From Auanema rhodensis (Eukaryota; Animalia; Nematoda), in contig OZ059900.1 of NCBI GenBank assembly GCA_964057225.1, positions 8,246,001-8,310,000 of the forward strand: a stretch of 64,000 bases of DNA. Reading direction: 5' to 3'. Positions 41,410 through 54,959 of the stretch are shown here, in pieces. Position 1 is the stretch's first letter. The number at the start of each line of letters is the position of its first letter. The notes beneath the pieces were generated by a model. It saw only the letters and a list, made by a program, of their open reading frames with translations. It searched no databases and was not told the origin of the DNA. The position numbers and the translations under genes are program-made.

Positions 41410-44400
41410 TCATAAACTTTGACTATTTTTACATAAATATGTTCAATTTTAACCACTTTGGTCAAAAAGGACCGAAAATATCAAGAATTATTGGTTTTTT
41501 GGGGATTGAAGGGCATTTTGGCAAAATCAGTCAAACTTTTGATCTTAAGCATATTTTTTTCTTCTAAAACGACTAAATGTATGAAATACTGTCATAGAAT
41601 GTTCATATAGGTGTATTTTGCACGAATATCAAAACTGATTGAAATATGGGCCTTTTTATGCTCAAAACGCCATATATTCAACGATTTTGGGTACAAAACA
41701 TGTGAAAACTGTATGTTTTGATCAGACCCTTTGAGATATGGATTTGAAATTCAGGATTCATAAACTTTGACTATTTTTACATATATATGTCCAATTTTAA
41801 CCACTTTGGTCAAAAAGGACCGAAAATATCAAGAATTATTGGTTTTTTGGGGATTGAAGGGCATTTTGGCAAAATCAGTCAAACTTTTGATCTTAAGCAT
41901 ATTTTTTTCTTCTAAAACGACTAAATGTATGAAATACTGTCATAGAATGTTCATATAGGTGTATTTTGCACGAATATCAAAACTGATTGAAATATGGGCC
42001 TTTTTATGCTCAAAACGCCATATATTCAACGATTTTGGGTACAAAACATGTGAAAACTGTATGTTTTGATCAGACCCTTTGAGATATGGATTTGAAATTC
42101 AGGATTCATAAACTTTGACTATTTTTACATATATATGTCCAATTTTAACCACTTTGGTCAAAAAGGACCGAAAATATCAAGAATTATTGGTTTTTTGGGG
42201 TTTGAAGGGCATTTTGGCAAAATCAGTCAAACTTTTGATCTTAAGCATATTTTTTTCTTCTAGAACAACTAAATGTATGAAATACTGTCATAGAATGTTC
42301 ATATAGGTGTATTTTGCACGAATATCAAAACTGATTGAAATATGGGCCTTTTTATGCTCAAAACGCCATATATTCAACGATTTTGGGTACAAAACATGTG
42401 AAAACTGTATGTTTTGATCAGACCCTTTGAGATATGGATTTGAAATTCAGGATTCATAAACTTTGACTATTTTTACATATATATGTCCAATTTTAACCAC
42501 TTTGGTCAAAAAGGACCGAAAATATCAAGAATTATTGGTTTTTTGGGGATTGAAGGGCATTTTGGCAAAATCAGTCAAACTTTTGATCTTAAGCATATTT
42601 TTTTCTTCTAAAACGACTAAATGTATGAAATACTGTCATAGAATGTTCATATAGGTGTATTTTGCACGAATATCAAAACTGATTGAAATATGGGCCTTTT
42701 TATGCTCAAAACGCCATATATTCAACGATTTTGGGTACAAAACATGTGAAAACTGTATGTTTTGATCAGACCCTTTGAGATATGGATTTGAAATTCAGGA
42801 TTCATAAACTTTGACTATTTTTACATAAATATGTTCAATTTTAACCACTTTGGTCAAAAAGGACCGAAAATATCAAGAATTATTGGTTTTTTGGGGATTG
42901 AAGGGCATTTTGGCAAAATCAGTCAAACTTTTGATCTTAAGCATATTTTTTTCTTCTAAAACGACTAAATGTATGAAATACTGTCATAGAATGTTCATAT
43001 AGGTGTATTTTGCACGAATATCAAAACTGATTGAAATATGGGCCTTTTTATGCTCAAAACGCCATATATTCAACGATTTTGGGTACAAAACATGTGAAAA
43101 CTGTATGTTTTGATCAGACCCTTTGAGATATGGATTTGAAATTCAGGATTCATAAACTTTGACTATTTTTACATATATATGTCCAATTTTAACCACTTTG
43201 GTCAAAAAGGACCGAAAATATCAAGAATTATTGGTTTTTTGGGGATTGAAGGGCATTTTGGCAAAATCAGTCAAACTTTTGATCTTAAGCATATTTTTTT
43301 CTTCTAAAACGACTAAATTTATGAAATACTGTCATAGAATGTTCATATAGGTGTATTTTGCACGAATATCAAAACTGATTGAAATATGGGCCTTTTTATG
43401 CTCAAAACGCCATATATTCAACGATTTTGGGTACAAAACATGTGAAAACTGTATGTTTTGATCAGACCCTTTGAGATATGGATTTGAAATTCAGGATTCA
43501 TAAACTTTGACTATTTTTACATATATATGTCCAATTTTAACCACTTTGGTCAAAAAGGACCGAAAATATCAAGAATTATTGGTTTTTTGGGGTTTGAAGG
43601 GCATTTTGGCTAAATCAGTCAAACTTTTGATCTTAAGCATATTTTTTTCTTCTAAAACGACTAAATGTATGAAATACTGTCATAGAATGTTCATATAGGT
43701 GTATTTTGCACGAATATCAAAACTGATTGAAATATGGGCCTTTTTATGCTCAAAACGCCATATATTCAACGATTTTGGGTACAAAACATGTGAAAACTGT
43801 ATGTTTTGATCAGACCCTTTGAGATATGGATTTGAAATTCAGGATTCATAAACTTTGACTATTTTTACATATATATGTCCAATTTTAACCACTTTGGTCA
43901 AAAAGGACCGAAAATATCAAGAATTATTGGTTTTTTGGGGTTTGAAGGACATTTTGGCTAAATCAGTCAAACTTTTGATCTTAAGCATATTTTTTTCTTC
44001 TAAAACGACTAAATGTATGAAATACTGTCATAGAATGTTCATATAGGTGTATTTTGCACGAATATCAAAACTGATTGAAATATGGGCCTTTTTATGCTCA
44101 AAACGCCATATATTCAACGATTTTGGGTACAAAACATGTGAAAACTGTATGTTTTGATCAGACCCTTTGAGATATGGATTTGAAATTCAGGATTCATAAA
44201 CTTTGACTATTTTTACATATATATGTCCAATTTTAACCACTTTGGTCAAAAAGGACCGAAAATATCAAGAATTATTGGTTTTTTGGGGATTGAAGGGCAT
44301 TTTGGCAAAATCAGTCAAACTTTTGATCTTAAGCATATTTTTTTCTTCTAAAACAACTAAATGTATGAAATACTGTCATAGAATGTTCATATAGGTGTAT

Positions 44401-47400
44401 TTTGCACGAATATCAAAACTGATTGAAATATGGGCCTTTTTATGCTCAAAACGCCATATATTCAACGATTTTGGGTACAAAACATGTGAAAACTGTATGT
44501 TTTGATCAGACCCTTTGAGATATGGATTTGAAATTCAGGATTCATAAACTTTGACTATTTTTACATAAATATGTTCAATTTTAACCACTTTGGTCAAAAA
44601 GGACCGAAAATATCAAGAATTATTGGTTTTTTGGGGATTGAAGGGCATTTTGGCAAAATCAGTCAAACTTTTGATCTTAAGCATATTTTTTTCTTCTAAA
44701 ACGACTAAATGTATGAAATACTGTCATAGAATGTTCATATAGGTGTATTTTGCACGAATATCAAAACTGATTGAAATATGGGCCTTTTTATGCTCAAAAC
44801 GCCATATATTCAACGATTTTGGGTACAAAACATGTGAAAACTGTATGTTTTGATCAGACCCTTTGAGATATGGATTTGAAATTCAGGATTCATAAACTTT
44901 GACTATTTTTACATATATATGTCCAATTTTAACCACTTTGGTCAAAAAGGACCGAAAATATCAAGAATTATTGGTTTTTTGGGGATTGAAGGGCATTTTG
45001 GCAAAATCAGTCAAACTTTTGATCTTAAGCATATTTTTTTCTTCTAAAACGACTAAATGTATGAAATACTGTCATAGAATGTTCATATAGGTGTATTTTG
45101 CACGAATATCAAAACTGATTGAAATATGGGCCTTTTTATGCTCAAAACGCCATATATTCAACGATTTTGGGTACAAAACATGTGAAAACTGTATGTTTTG
45201 ATCAGACCCTTTGAGATATGGATTTGAATTTCAGGATTCATAAACTTTGACTATTTTTACATAAATATGTTCAATTTTAACCACTTTGGTCAAAAAGGAC
45301 CGAAAATATCAAGAATTATTGGTTTTTTGGGGTTTGAAGGGCATTTTGGCTAAATCAGTCAAACTTTTGATCTTAAGCATATTTTTTTCTTCTAAAACGA
45401 CTAAATGTATGAAATACTGTCATAGAATGTTCATATAGGTGTATTTTGCACGAATATCAAAACTGATTGAAATATGGGCCTTTTTATGCTCAAAACGCCA
45501 TATATTCAACGATTTTGGGTACAAAACATGTGAAAACTGTATGTTTTGATCAGACCCTTTGAGATATGGATTTGAAATTCAGGATTCATAAACTTTGACT
45601 ATTTTTACATATATATGTTCAATTTTAACCACTTTGGTCAAAAAGGACCGAAAATATCAAGAATTATTGGTTTTTTGGGGTTTGAAGGACATTTTGGCTG
45701 AATCAGTCAAACTTTTGATCTTAAGCATATTTTTTTCTTCTAAAACGACTAAATGTATGAAATACTGTCATAGAATGTTCATATAGGTGTATTTTGCACG
45801 AATATCGAAACTGATTGAAATATGGGCCTTTTTATGCTCAAAACGCCATATATTCAACGATTTTGGGTACAAAACATGTGAAAACTGTATGTTTTGATCA
45901 GACCCTTTGAGATATGGATTTGAAATTCAGGATTCATAAACTTCGACTATTTTTACATATATATGTCCAATTTTAACCACTTTGGTCAAAAAGGACCGAA
46001 AATATCAAGAATTATTGGTTTTTTGGGGTTTGAAGGGCATTTTGGCTAAATCAGTCAAACTTTTGATCTTAAGCATATTTTTTTTTTCTAAAACGACTAA
46101 ATGTATGAAATACTGTCATAGAATGTTCATATAGGTGTATTTTGCACGAATATCAAAACTGATTGAAATATGGGCCTTTTTATGCTCAAAACGCCATATA
46201 TTCAACGATTTTGGGTACAAAACATGTGAAAACTGTATGTTTTGATCAGACCCTTTGAGATATGGATTTGAAATTCAGGATTCATAAACTTTGACTATTT
46301 TTACATATATATGTCCAATTTTAACCACTTTGGTCAAAAAGGACCGAAAATATCAAGAATTATTGGTTTTTTGGGGTTTGAAGGACATTTTGGCTAAATC
46401 AGTCAAACTTTTGATCTTAAGCATATTTTTTTCTTCTAAAACGACTAAATGTATGAAATACTGTCATAGAATGTTCATATAGGTGTATTTTGCACGAATA
46501 TCAAAACTGATTGAAATATGGGCCTTTTTATGCTCAAAACGCCATATATTCAACGATTTTGGGTACAAAACATGTGAAAACTGTATGTTTTGATCAGAGC
46601 CTTTGAGATATGGATTTGAAATTCAGGATTCATAAACTTTGACTATTTTTACATAAATATGTTCAATTTTAACCACTTTGGTCAAAAAGGACCGAAAATA
46701 TCAAGAATTATTGGTTTTTTGGGGATTGAAGGGCATTTTGGCAAAATCAGTCAAACTTTTGATCTTAAGCATATTTTTTTCTTCTAAAACGACTAAATGT
46801 ATGAAATACTGTCATAGAATGTTCATATAGGTGTATTTTGCACGAATATCAAAACTGATTGAAATATGGGCCTTTTTATGCTCAAAACGCCATATATTCA
46901 ACGATTTTGGGTACAAAACATGTGAAAACTGTATGTTTTGATCAGACCCTTTGAGATATGGATTTGAAATTCAGGATTCATAAACTTTGACTATTTTTAC
47001 ATATATATGTCCAATTTTAACCACTTTAGTCAAAAAGGACCGAAAATATCAAGAATTATTGGTTTTTTGGGGATTGAAGGGCATTTTGGCAAAATCAGTC
47101 AAACTTTTGATCTTAAGCATATTTTTTTCTTCTAAAACGACTAAATGTATGAAATACTGTCATAGAATGTTCATATAGGTGTATTTTGCACGAATATCAA
47201 AACTGATTGAAATATGGGCCTTTTTATGCTCAAAACGCCATATATTCAACGATTTTGGGTACAAAACATGTGAAAACTGTATGTTTTGATCAGACCCTTT
47301 GAGATATGGATTTGAAATTCAGGATTCATAAACTTTGACTATTTTTACATATATATGTCCAATTTTAACCACTTTGGTCAAAAAGGACCGAAAATATCAA

Positions 47401-50400
47401 GAATTATTGGTTTTTTGGGGTTTGAAGGGCATTTTGGCAAAATCAGTCAAACTTTTGATCTTAAGCATATTTTTTTCTTCTAGAACAACTAAATGTATGA
47501 AATACTGTCATAGAATGTTCATATAGGTGTATTTTGCACGAATATCAAAACTGATTGAAATATGGGCCTTTTTATGCTCAAAACGCCATATATTCAACGA
47601 TTTTGGGTACAAAACATGTGAAAACTGTATGTTTTGATCAGACCCTTTGAGATATGGATTTGAAATTCAGGATTCATAAACTTTGACTATTTTTACATAT
47701 ATATGTCCAATTTTAACCACTTTGGTCAAAAAGGACCGAAAATATCAAGAATTATTGGTTTTTTGGGGATTGAAGGGCATTTTGGCAAAATCAGTCAAAC
47801 TTTTGATCTTAAGCATATTTTTTTCTTCTAAAACGACTAAATGTATGAAATACTGTCATAGAATGTTCATATAGGTGTATTTTGCACGAATATCAAAACT
47901 GATTGAAATATGGGCCTTTTTATGCTCAAAACGCCATATATTCAACGATTTTGGGTACAAAACATGTGAAAACTGTATGTTTTGATCAGACCCTTTGAGA
48001 TATGGATTTGAAATTCAGGATTCATAAACTTTGACTATTTTTACATAAATATGTTCAATTTTAACCACTTTGGTCAAAAAGGACCGAAAATATCAAGAAT
48101 TATTGGTTTTTTGGGGATTGAAGGGCATTTTGGCAAAATCAGTCAAACTTTTGATCTTAAGCATATTTTTTTCTTCTAAAACGACTAAATGTATGAAATA
48201 CTGTCATAGAATGTTCATATAGGTGTATTTTGCACGAATATCAAAACTGATTGAAATATGGGCCTTTTTATGCTCAAAACGCCATATATTCAACGATTTT
48301 GGGTACAAAACATGTGAAAACTGTATGTTTTGATCAGACCCTTTGAGATATGGATTTGAAATTCAGGATTCATAAACTTTGACTATTTTTACATATATAT
48401 GTCCAATTTTAACCACTTTAGTCAAAAAGGACCGAAAATATCAAGAATTATTGGTTTTTTGGGGATTGAAGGGCATTTTGGCAAAATCAGTCAAACTTTT
48501 GATCTTAAGCATATTTTTTTCTTCTAAAACGACTAAATGTATGAAATACTGTCATAGAATGTTCATATAGGTGTATTTTGCACGAATATCAAAACTGATT
48601 GAAATATGGGCCTTTTTATGCTCAAAACGCCATATATTCAACGATTTTGGGTACAAAACATGTGAAAACTGTATGTTTTGATCAGACCCTTTGAGATATG
48701 GATTTGAAATTCAGGATTCATAAACTTTGACTATTTTTACATATATATGTCCAATTTTAACCACTTTGGTCAAAAAGGACCGAAAATATCAAGAATTATT
48801 GGTTTTTTGGGGTTTGAAGGGCATTTTGGCAAAATCAGTCAAACTTTTGATCTTAAGCATATTTTTTTCTTCTAGAACAACTAAATGTATGAAATACTGT
48901 CATAGAATGTTCATATAGGTGTATTTTGCACGAATATCAAAACTGATTGAAATATGGGCCTTTTTATGCTCAAAACGCCATATATTCAACGATTTTGGGT
49001 ACAAAACATGTGAAAACTGTATGTTTTGATCAGACCCTTTGAGATATGGATTTGAAATTCAGGATTCATAAACTTTGACTATTTTTACATATATATGTCC
49101 AATTTTAACCACTTTGGTCAAAAAGGACCGAAAATATCAAGAATTATTGGTTTTTTGGGGATTGAAGGGCATTTTGGCAAAATCAGTCAAACTTTTGATC
49201 TTAAGCATATTTTTTTCTTCTAAAACGACTAAATGTATGAAATACTGTCATAGAATGTTCATATAGGTGTATTTTGCACGAATATCAAAACTGATTGAAA
49301 TATGGGCCTTTTTATGCTCAAAACGCCATATATTCAACGATTTTGGGTACAAAACATGTGAAAACTGTATGTTTTGATCAGACCCTTTGAGATATGGATT
49401 TGAAATTCAGGATTCATAAACTTTGACTATTTTTACATAAATATGTTCAATTTTAACCACTTTGGTCAAAAAGGACCGAAAATATCAAGAATTATTGGTT
49501 TTTTGGGGATTGAAGGGCATTTTGGCAAAATCAGTCAAACTTTTGATCTTAAGCATATTTTTTTCTTCTAAAACGACTAAATGTATGAAATACTGTCATA
49601 GAATGTTCATATAGGTGTATTTTGCACGAATATCAAAACTGATTGAAATATGGGCCTTTTTATGCTCAAAACGCCATATATTCAACGATTTTGGGTACAA
49701 AACATGTGAAAACTGTATGTTTTGATCAGACCCTTTGAGATATGGATTTGAAATTCAGGATTCATAAACTTTGACTATTTTTACATATATATGTCCAATT
49801 TTAACCACTTTGGTCAAAAAGGACCGAAAATATCAAGAATTATTGGTTTTTTGGGGATTGAAGGGCATTTTGGCAAAATCAGTCAAACTTTTGATCTTAA
49901 GCATATTTTTTTCTTCTAAAACGACTAAATGTATGAAATACTGTCATAGAATGTTCATATAGGTGTATTTTGCACGAATATCAAAACTGATTGAAATATG
50001 GGCCTTTTTATGCTCAAAACGCCATATATTCAACGATTTTGGGTACAAAACATGTGAAAACTGTATGTTTTGATCAGACCCTTTGAGATATGGATTTGAA
50101 TTTCAGGATTCATAAACTTTGACTATTTTTACATAAATATGTTCAATTTTAACCACTTTGGTCAAAAAGGACCGAAAATATCAAGAATTATTGGTTTTTT
50201 GGGGTTTGAAGGGCATTTTGGCTAAATCAGTCAAACTTTTGATCTTAAGCATATTTTTTTCTTCTAAAACGACTAAATGTATGAAATACTGTCATAGAAT
50301 GTTCATATAGGTGTATTTTGCACGAATATCAAAACTGATTGAAATATGGGCCTTTTTATGCTCAAAACGCCATATATTCAACGATTTTGGGTACAAAACA

Positions 50401-52197
50401 TGTGAAAACTGTATGTTTTGATCAGACCCTTTGAGATATGGATTTGAAAATCAGGATTCATAAACTTTGACTATTTTTACATATATATGTCCAATTTTAA
50501 CCACTTTGGTCAAAAAGGACCGAAAATATCAAGAATTATTGGTTTTTTGGGGTTTGAAGGACATTTTGGCTAAATCAGTCAAACTTTTGATCTTAAGCAT
50601 ATTTTTTTCTTCTAAAACGACTAAATGTATGAAATACTGTCATAGAATGTTCATATAGGTGTATTTTGCACGAATATCAAAACTGATTGAAATATGGGCC
50701 TTTTTATGCTCAAAACGCCATATATTCAACGATTTTGGGTACAAAACATGTGAAAACTGTATGTTTTGATCAGACCCTTTGAGATATGGATTTGAAATTC
50801 AGGATTCATAAACTTTGACTATTTTTACATATATATGTCCAATTTTAACCACTTTGGTCAAAAAGGACCGAAAATATCAAGAATTATTGGTTTTTTGGGG
50901 ATTGAAGGGCATTTTGGCAAAATCAGTCAAACTTTTGATCTTAAGCATATTTTTTTCTTCTAAAACAACTAAATGTATGAAATACTGTCATAGAATGTTC
51001 ATATAGGTGTATTTTGCACGAATATCAAAACTGATTGAAATATGGGCCTTTTTATGCTCAAAACGCCATATATTCAACGATTTTGGGTACAAAACATGTG
51101 AAAACTGTATGTTTTGATCAGACCCTTTGAGATATGGATTTGAAATTCAGGATTCATAAACTTTGACTATTTTTACATAAATATGTTCAATTTTAACCAC
51201 TTTGGTCAAAAAGGACCGAAAATATCAAGAATTATTGGTTTTTTGGGGATTGAAGGGCATTTTGGCAAAATCAGTCAAACTTTTGATCTTAAGCATATTT
51301 TTTTCTTCTAAAACGACTAAATGTATGAAATACTGTCATAGAATGTTCATATAGGTGTATTTTGCACGAATATCAAAACTGATTGAAATATGGGCCTTTT
51401 TATGCTCAAAACGCCATATATTCAACGATTTTGGGTACAAAACATGTGAAAACTGTATGTTTTGATCAGACCCTTTGAGATATGGATTTGAAATTCAGGA
51501 TTCATAAACTTTGACTATTTTTACATATATATGTCCAATTTTAACCACTTTGGTCAAAAAGGACCGAAAATATCAAGAATTATTGGTTTTTTGGGGATTG
51601 AAGGGCATTTTGGCAAAATCAGTCAAACTTTTGATCTTAAGCATATTTTTTTCTTCTAAAACGACTAAATGTATGAAATACTGTCATAGAATGTTCATAT
51701 AGGTGTATTTTGCACGAATATCAAAACTGATTGAAATATGGGCCTTTTTATGCTCAAAACGCCATATATTCAACGATTTTGGGTACAAAACATGTGAAAA
51801 CTGTATGTTTTGATCAGACCCTTTGAGATATGGATTTGAATTTCAGGATTCATAAACTTTGACTATTTTTACATAAATATGTTCAATTTTAACCACTTTG
51901 GTCAAAAAGGACCGAAAATATCAAGAATTATTGGTTTTTTGGGGTTTGAAGGGCATTTTGGCTAAATCAGTCAAACTTTTGATCTTAAGCATATTTTTTT
52001 CTTCTAAAACGACTAAATGTATGAAATACTGTCATAGAATGTTCATATAGGTGTATTTTGCACGAATATCAAAACTGATTGAAATATGGGCCTTTTTATG
52101 CTCAAAACGCCATATATTCAACGATTTTGGGTACAAAACATGTGAAAACTGTATGTTTTGATCAGACCCTTTGAGATATGGATTTGAAATTCAGGAT
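40366..52197 (+). repeat. 15-monomer block (40366-45585) duplicated; the second copy is expanded to about 19 monomers
   Basis: The offset is 5220 for ORFs 40375/45595, GAGCCTTT 41379/46599 and TCTAGAAC 42263/47483. Later it is 6612 (=19x348) for 43855/50467 and TTGAATTTC 45229/51841. Confidence 0.85.
46978..49761 (+). repeat. 4-monomer (1392 bp) tandem duplication
   Basis: The private CACTTTAGTC variant is at 47028/48420 and TCTAGAAC is at 47483/48875. Confidence 0.9.
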
Positions 52198-52893
52198 TCA
52201 TAAACTTTGACTATTTTTACATATATATGTCCAATTTTAACCACTTTGGTCAAAAAGGACCGAAAATATCAAGAATTATTGGTTTTTTGGGGTTTGAAGG
52301 ACATTTTGGCTAAATCAGTCAAACTTTTGATCTTAAGCATATTTTTTTCTTCTAAAACGACTAAATGTATGAAATACTGTCATAGAATGTTCATATAGGT
52401 GTATTTTGCACGAATATCAAAACTGATTGAAATATGGGCCTTTTTATGCTCAAAACGCCATATATTCAACGATTTTGGGTACAAAACATGTGAAAACTGT
52501 ATGTTTTGATCAGACCCTTTGAGATATGGATTTGAAATTCAGGATTCATAAACTTTGACTATTTTTACATATATATGTCCAATTTTAACCACTTTGGTCA
52601 AAAAGGACCGAAAATATCAAGAATTATTGGTTTTTTGGGGATTGAAGGGCATTTTGGCAAAATCAGTCAAACTTTTGGTCTTAAGCATATTTTTTTCTTC
52701 TAAAACAACTAAATGTATGAAATACTGTCATAGAATGTTCATATAGGTGTATTTTGCACGAATATCAAAACTGATTGAAATATGGGCCTTTTTATGCTCA
52801 AAACGCCATATATTCAACGATTTTGGGTACAAAACATGTGAAAACTGTATGTTTTGATCAGACCCTTTGAGATATGGATTTGAAATTCAGGAT
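49762..52893 (+). repeat. 5-monomer (1740 bp) periodicity
   Basis: TTGAATTTCAGG occurs at 50101/51841. GGAC-type monomers are at 50467/52207 and AAAACAACT monomers at 50815/52555. Confidence 0.8.
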
Positions 52894-54959
52894 TCATAAA
52901 CTTTGACTATTTTTACATATATATGTCCAATTTTAACCACTTTGGTCAAAAAGGACCGAAAATATCAAGAATTATTGGTTTTTTGGGGATTGAAGGGCAT
53001 TTTGGCAAAATCAGTCAAACTTTTGATCTTAAGCATATTTTTTTCTTCTAAAACGACTAAATGTATGAAATACTGTCATAGAATGTTCATATAGGTGTAT
53101 TTTGCACGAATATCAAAACTGATTGAAATATGGGCCTTTTTATGCTCAAAACGCCATATATTCAACGATTTTGGGTACAAAACATGTGAAAACTGTATGT
53201 TTTGATCAGACCCTTTGAGATATGGATTTGAAATTCAGGATTCATAAACTTTGACTATTTTTACATATATATGTTCAATTTTAACCACTTTGGTCAAAAA
53301 GGACCGAAAATATCAAGAATTATTGGTTTTTTGGGGATTGAAGGGCATTTTGGCAAAATCAGTCAAACTTTTGATCTTAAGCATATTTTTTTCTTCTAAA
53401 ACGACTAAATGTATGGAATACTGTCATAGAATGTTCATATAGGTGTATTTTGCACGAATATCAAAACTGATTGAAATATGGGCCTTTTTATGCTCAAAAC
53501 GCCATATATTCAACGATTTTGGGTACAAAACATGTGAAAACTGTATGTTTTGATCAGACCCTTTGAGATATGGATTTGAAATTCAGGATTCATAAACTTT
53601 GACTATTTTTACATATATATGTCCAATTTTAACCACTTTGGTCAAAAAGGACCGAAAATATCAAGAATTATTGGTTTTTTGGGGATTGAAGGGCATTTTG
53701 GCAAAATCAGTCAAACTTTTGATCTTAAGCATATTTTTTTCTTCTAAAACGACTAAATGTATGGAATACTGTCATAGAATGTTGATAGAGGTGTATTTTG
53801 CACGAATATCGAAACTGATTGAAATATGGGCCTTTTTATGCTCAAAACGCCATATATTCAACGATTTTGGGTACAAAACATGTGAAAACTGTATGTTTTG
53901 ATCAGACCCTTTGAGATATGGATTTGAAATTCAGGATTCATAAACTTCGACTATTTTTACATATATATGTCCAATTTTAACCACTTTGGTCAAAAAGGAC
54001 CGAAAATATCAAGAATTATTGGTTTTTTGGGGTTTGAAGGGCATTTTGGCTAAATCAGTCAAACTTTTGATCTTAAGCATATTTTTTTTTTCTAAAACGA
54101 CTAAATGTATGAAATACTGTCATAGAATGTTCATATAGGTGTATTTTGCACGAATATCAAAACTGATTGAAATATGGGCCTTTTTATGCTCAAAACGCCA
54201 TATATTCAACGATTTTGGGTACAAAACATGTGAAAACTGTATGTTTTGATCAGACCCTTTGAGATGTGGATTTGAAATTCAGGATTCATAAACTTTGACT
54301 ATTTTCACATATATATGTCCAATTTTAACCACTTTGGTCAAAAAGGACCGAAAATATCAAGAATTATTGGTTTTTTGGGGTTTGAAGGACATTTTGGCTA
54401 AATCAGTCAAACTTTTGATCTTAAGCATATTTTTTTCTTCTAAAACGACTAAATGTATGAAATACTGTCATAGAATGTTCATATAGGTGTATTTTGCACG
54501 AATATCAAAACTGATTGAAATATGGGCCTTTTTATGCTCAAAACGCCATATATTCAACGATTTTGGGTACAAAACATGTGAAAACTGTATGTTTTGATCA
54601 GACCCTTTGAGATATGGATTTGAAATTCAGGATTCATAAACTTTGACTATTTTTACATATATATGTCCAATTTTAACCACTTTGGTCAAAAAGGACCGAA
54701 AATATCAAGAATTATTGGTTTTTTGGGGATTGAAGGGCATTTTGGCAAAATCAGTCAAACTTTTGATCTTAAGCATATTTTTTTCTTCTAAAACGACTAA
54801 ATGTATGAAATACTGTCATAGAATGTTCATATAGGTGTATTTTGCACGAATATCAAAACTGATTGAAATATGGGCCTTTTTATGCTAAAAACGCCATATA
54901 TTCAACGATTTTGGGTACAAAACATGTGAAAACTGTATGTTTTGATCAGACCCTTTGAG

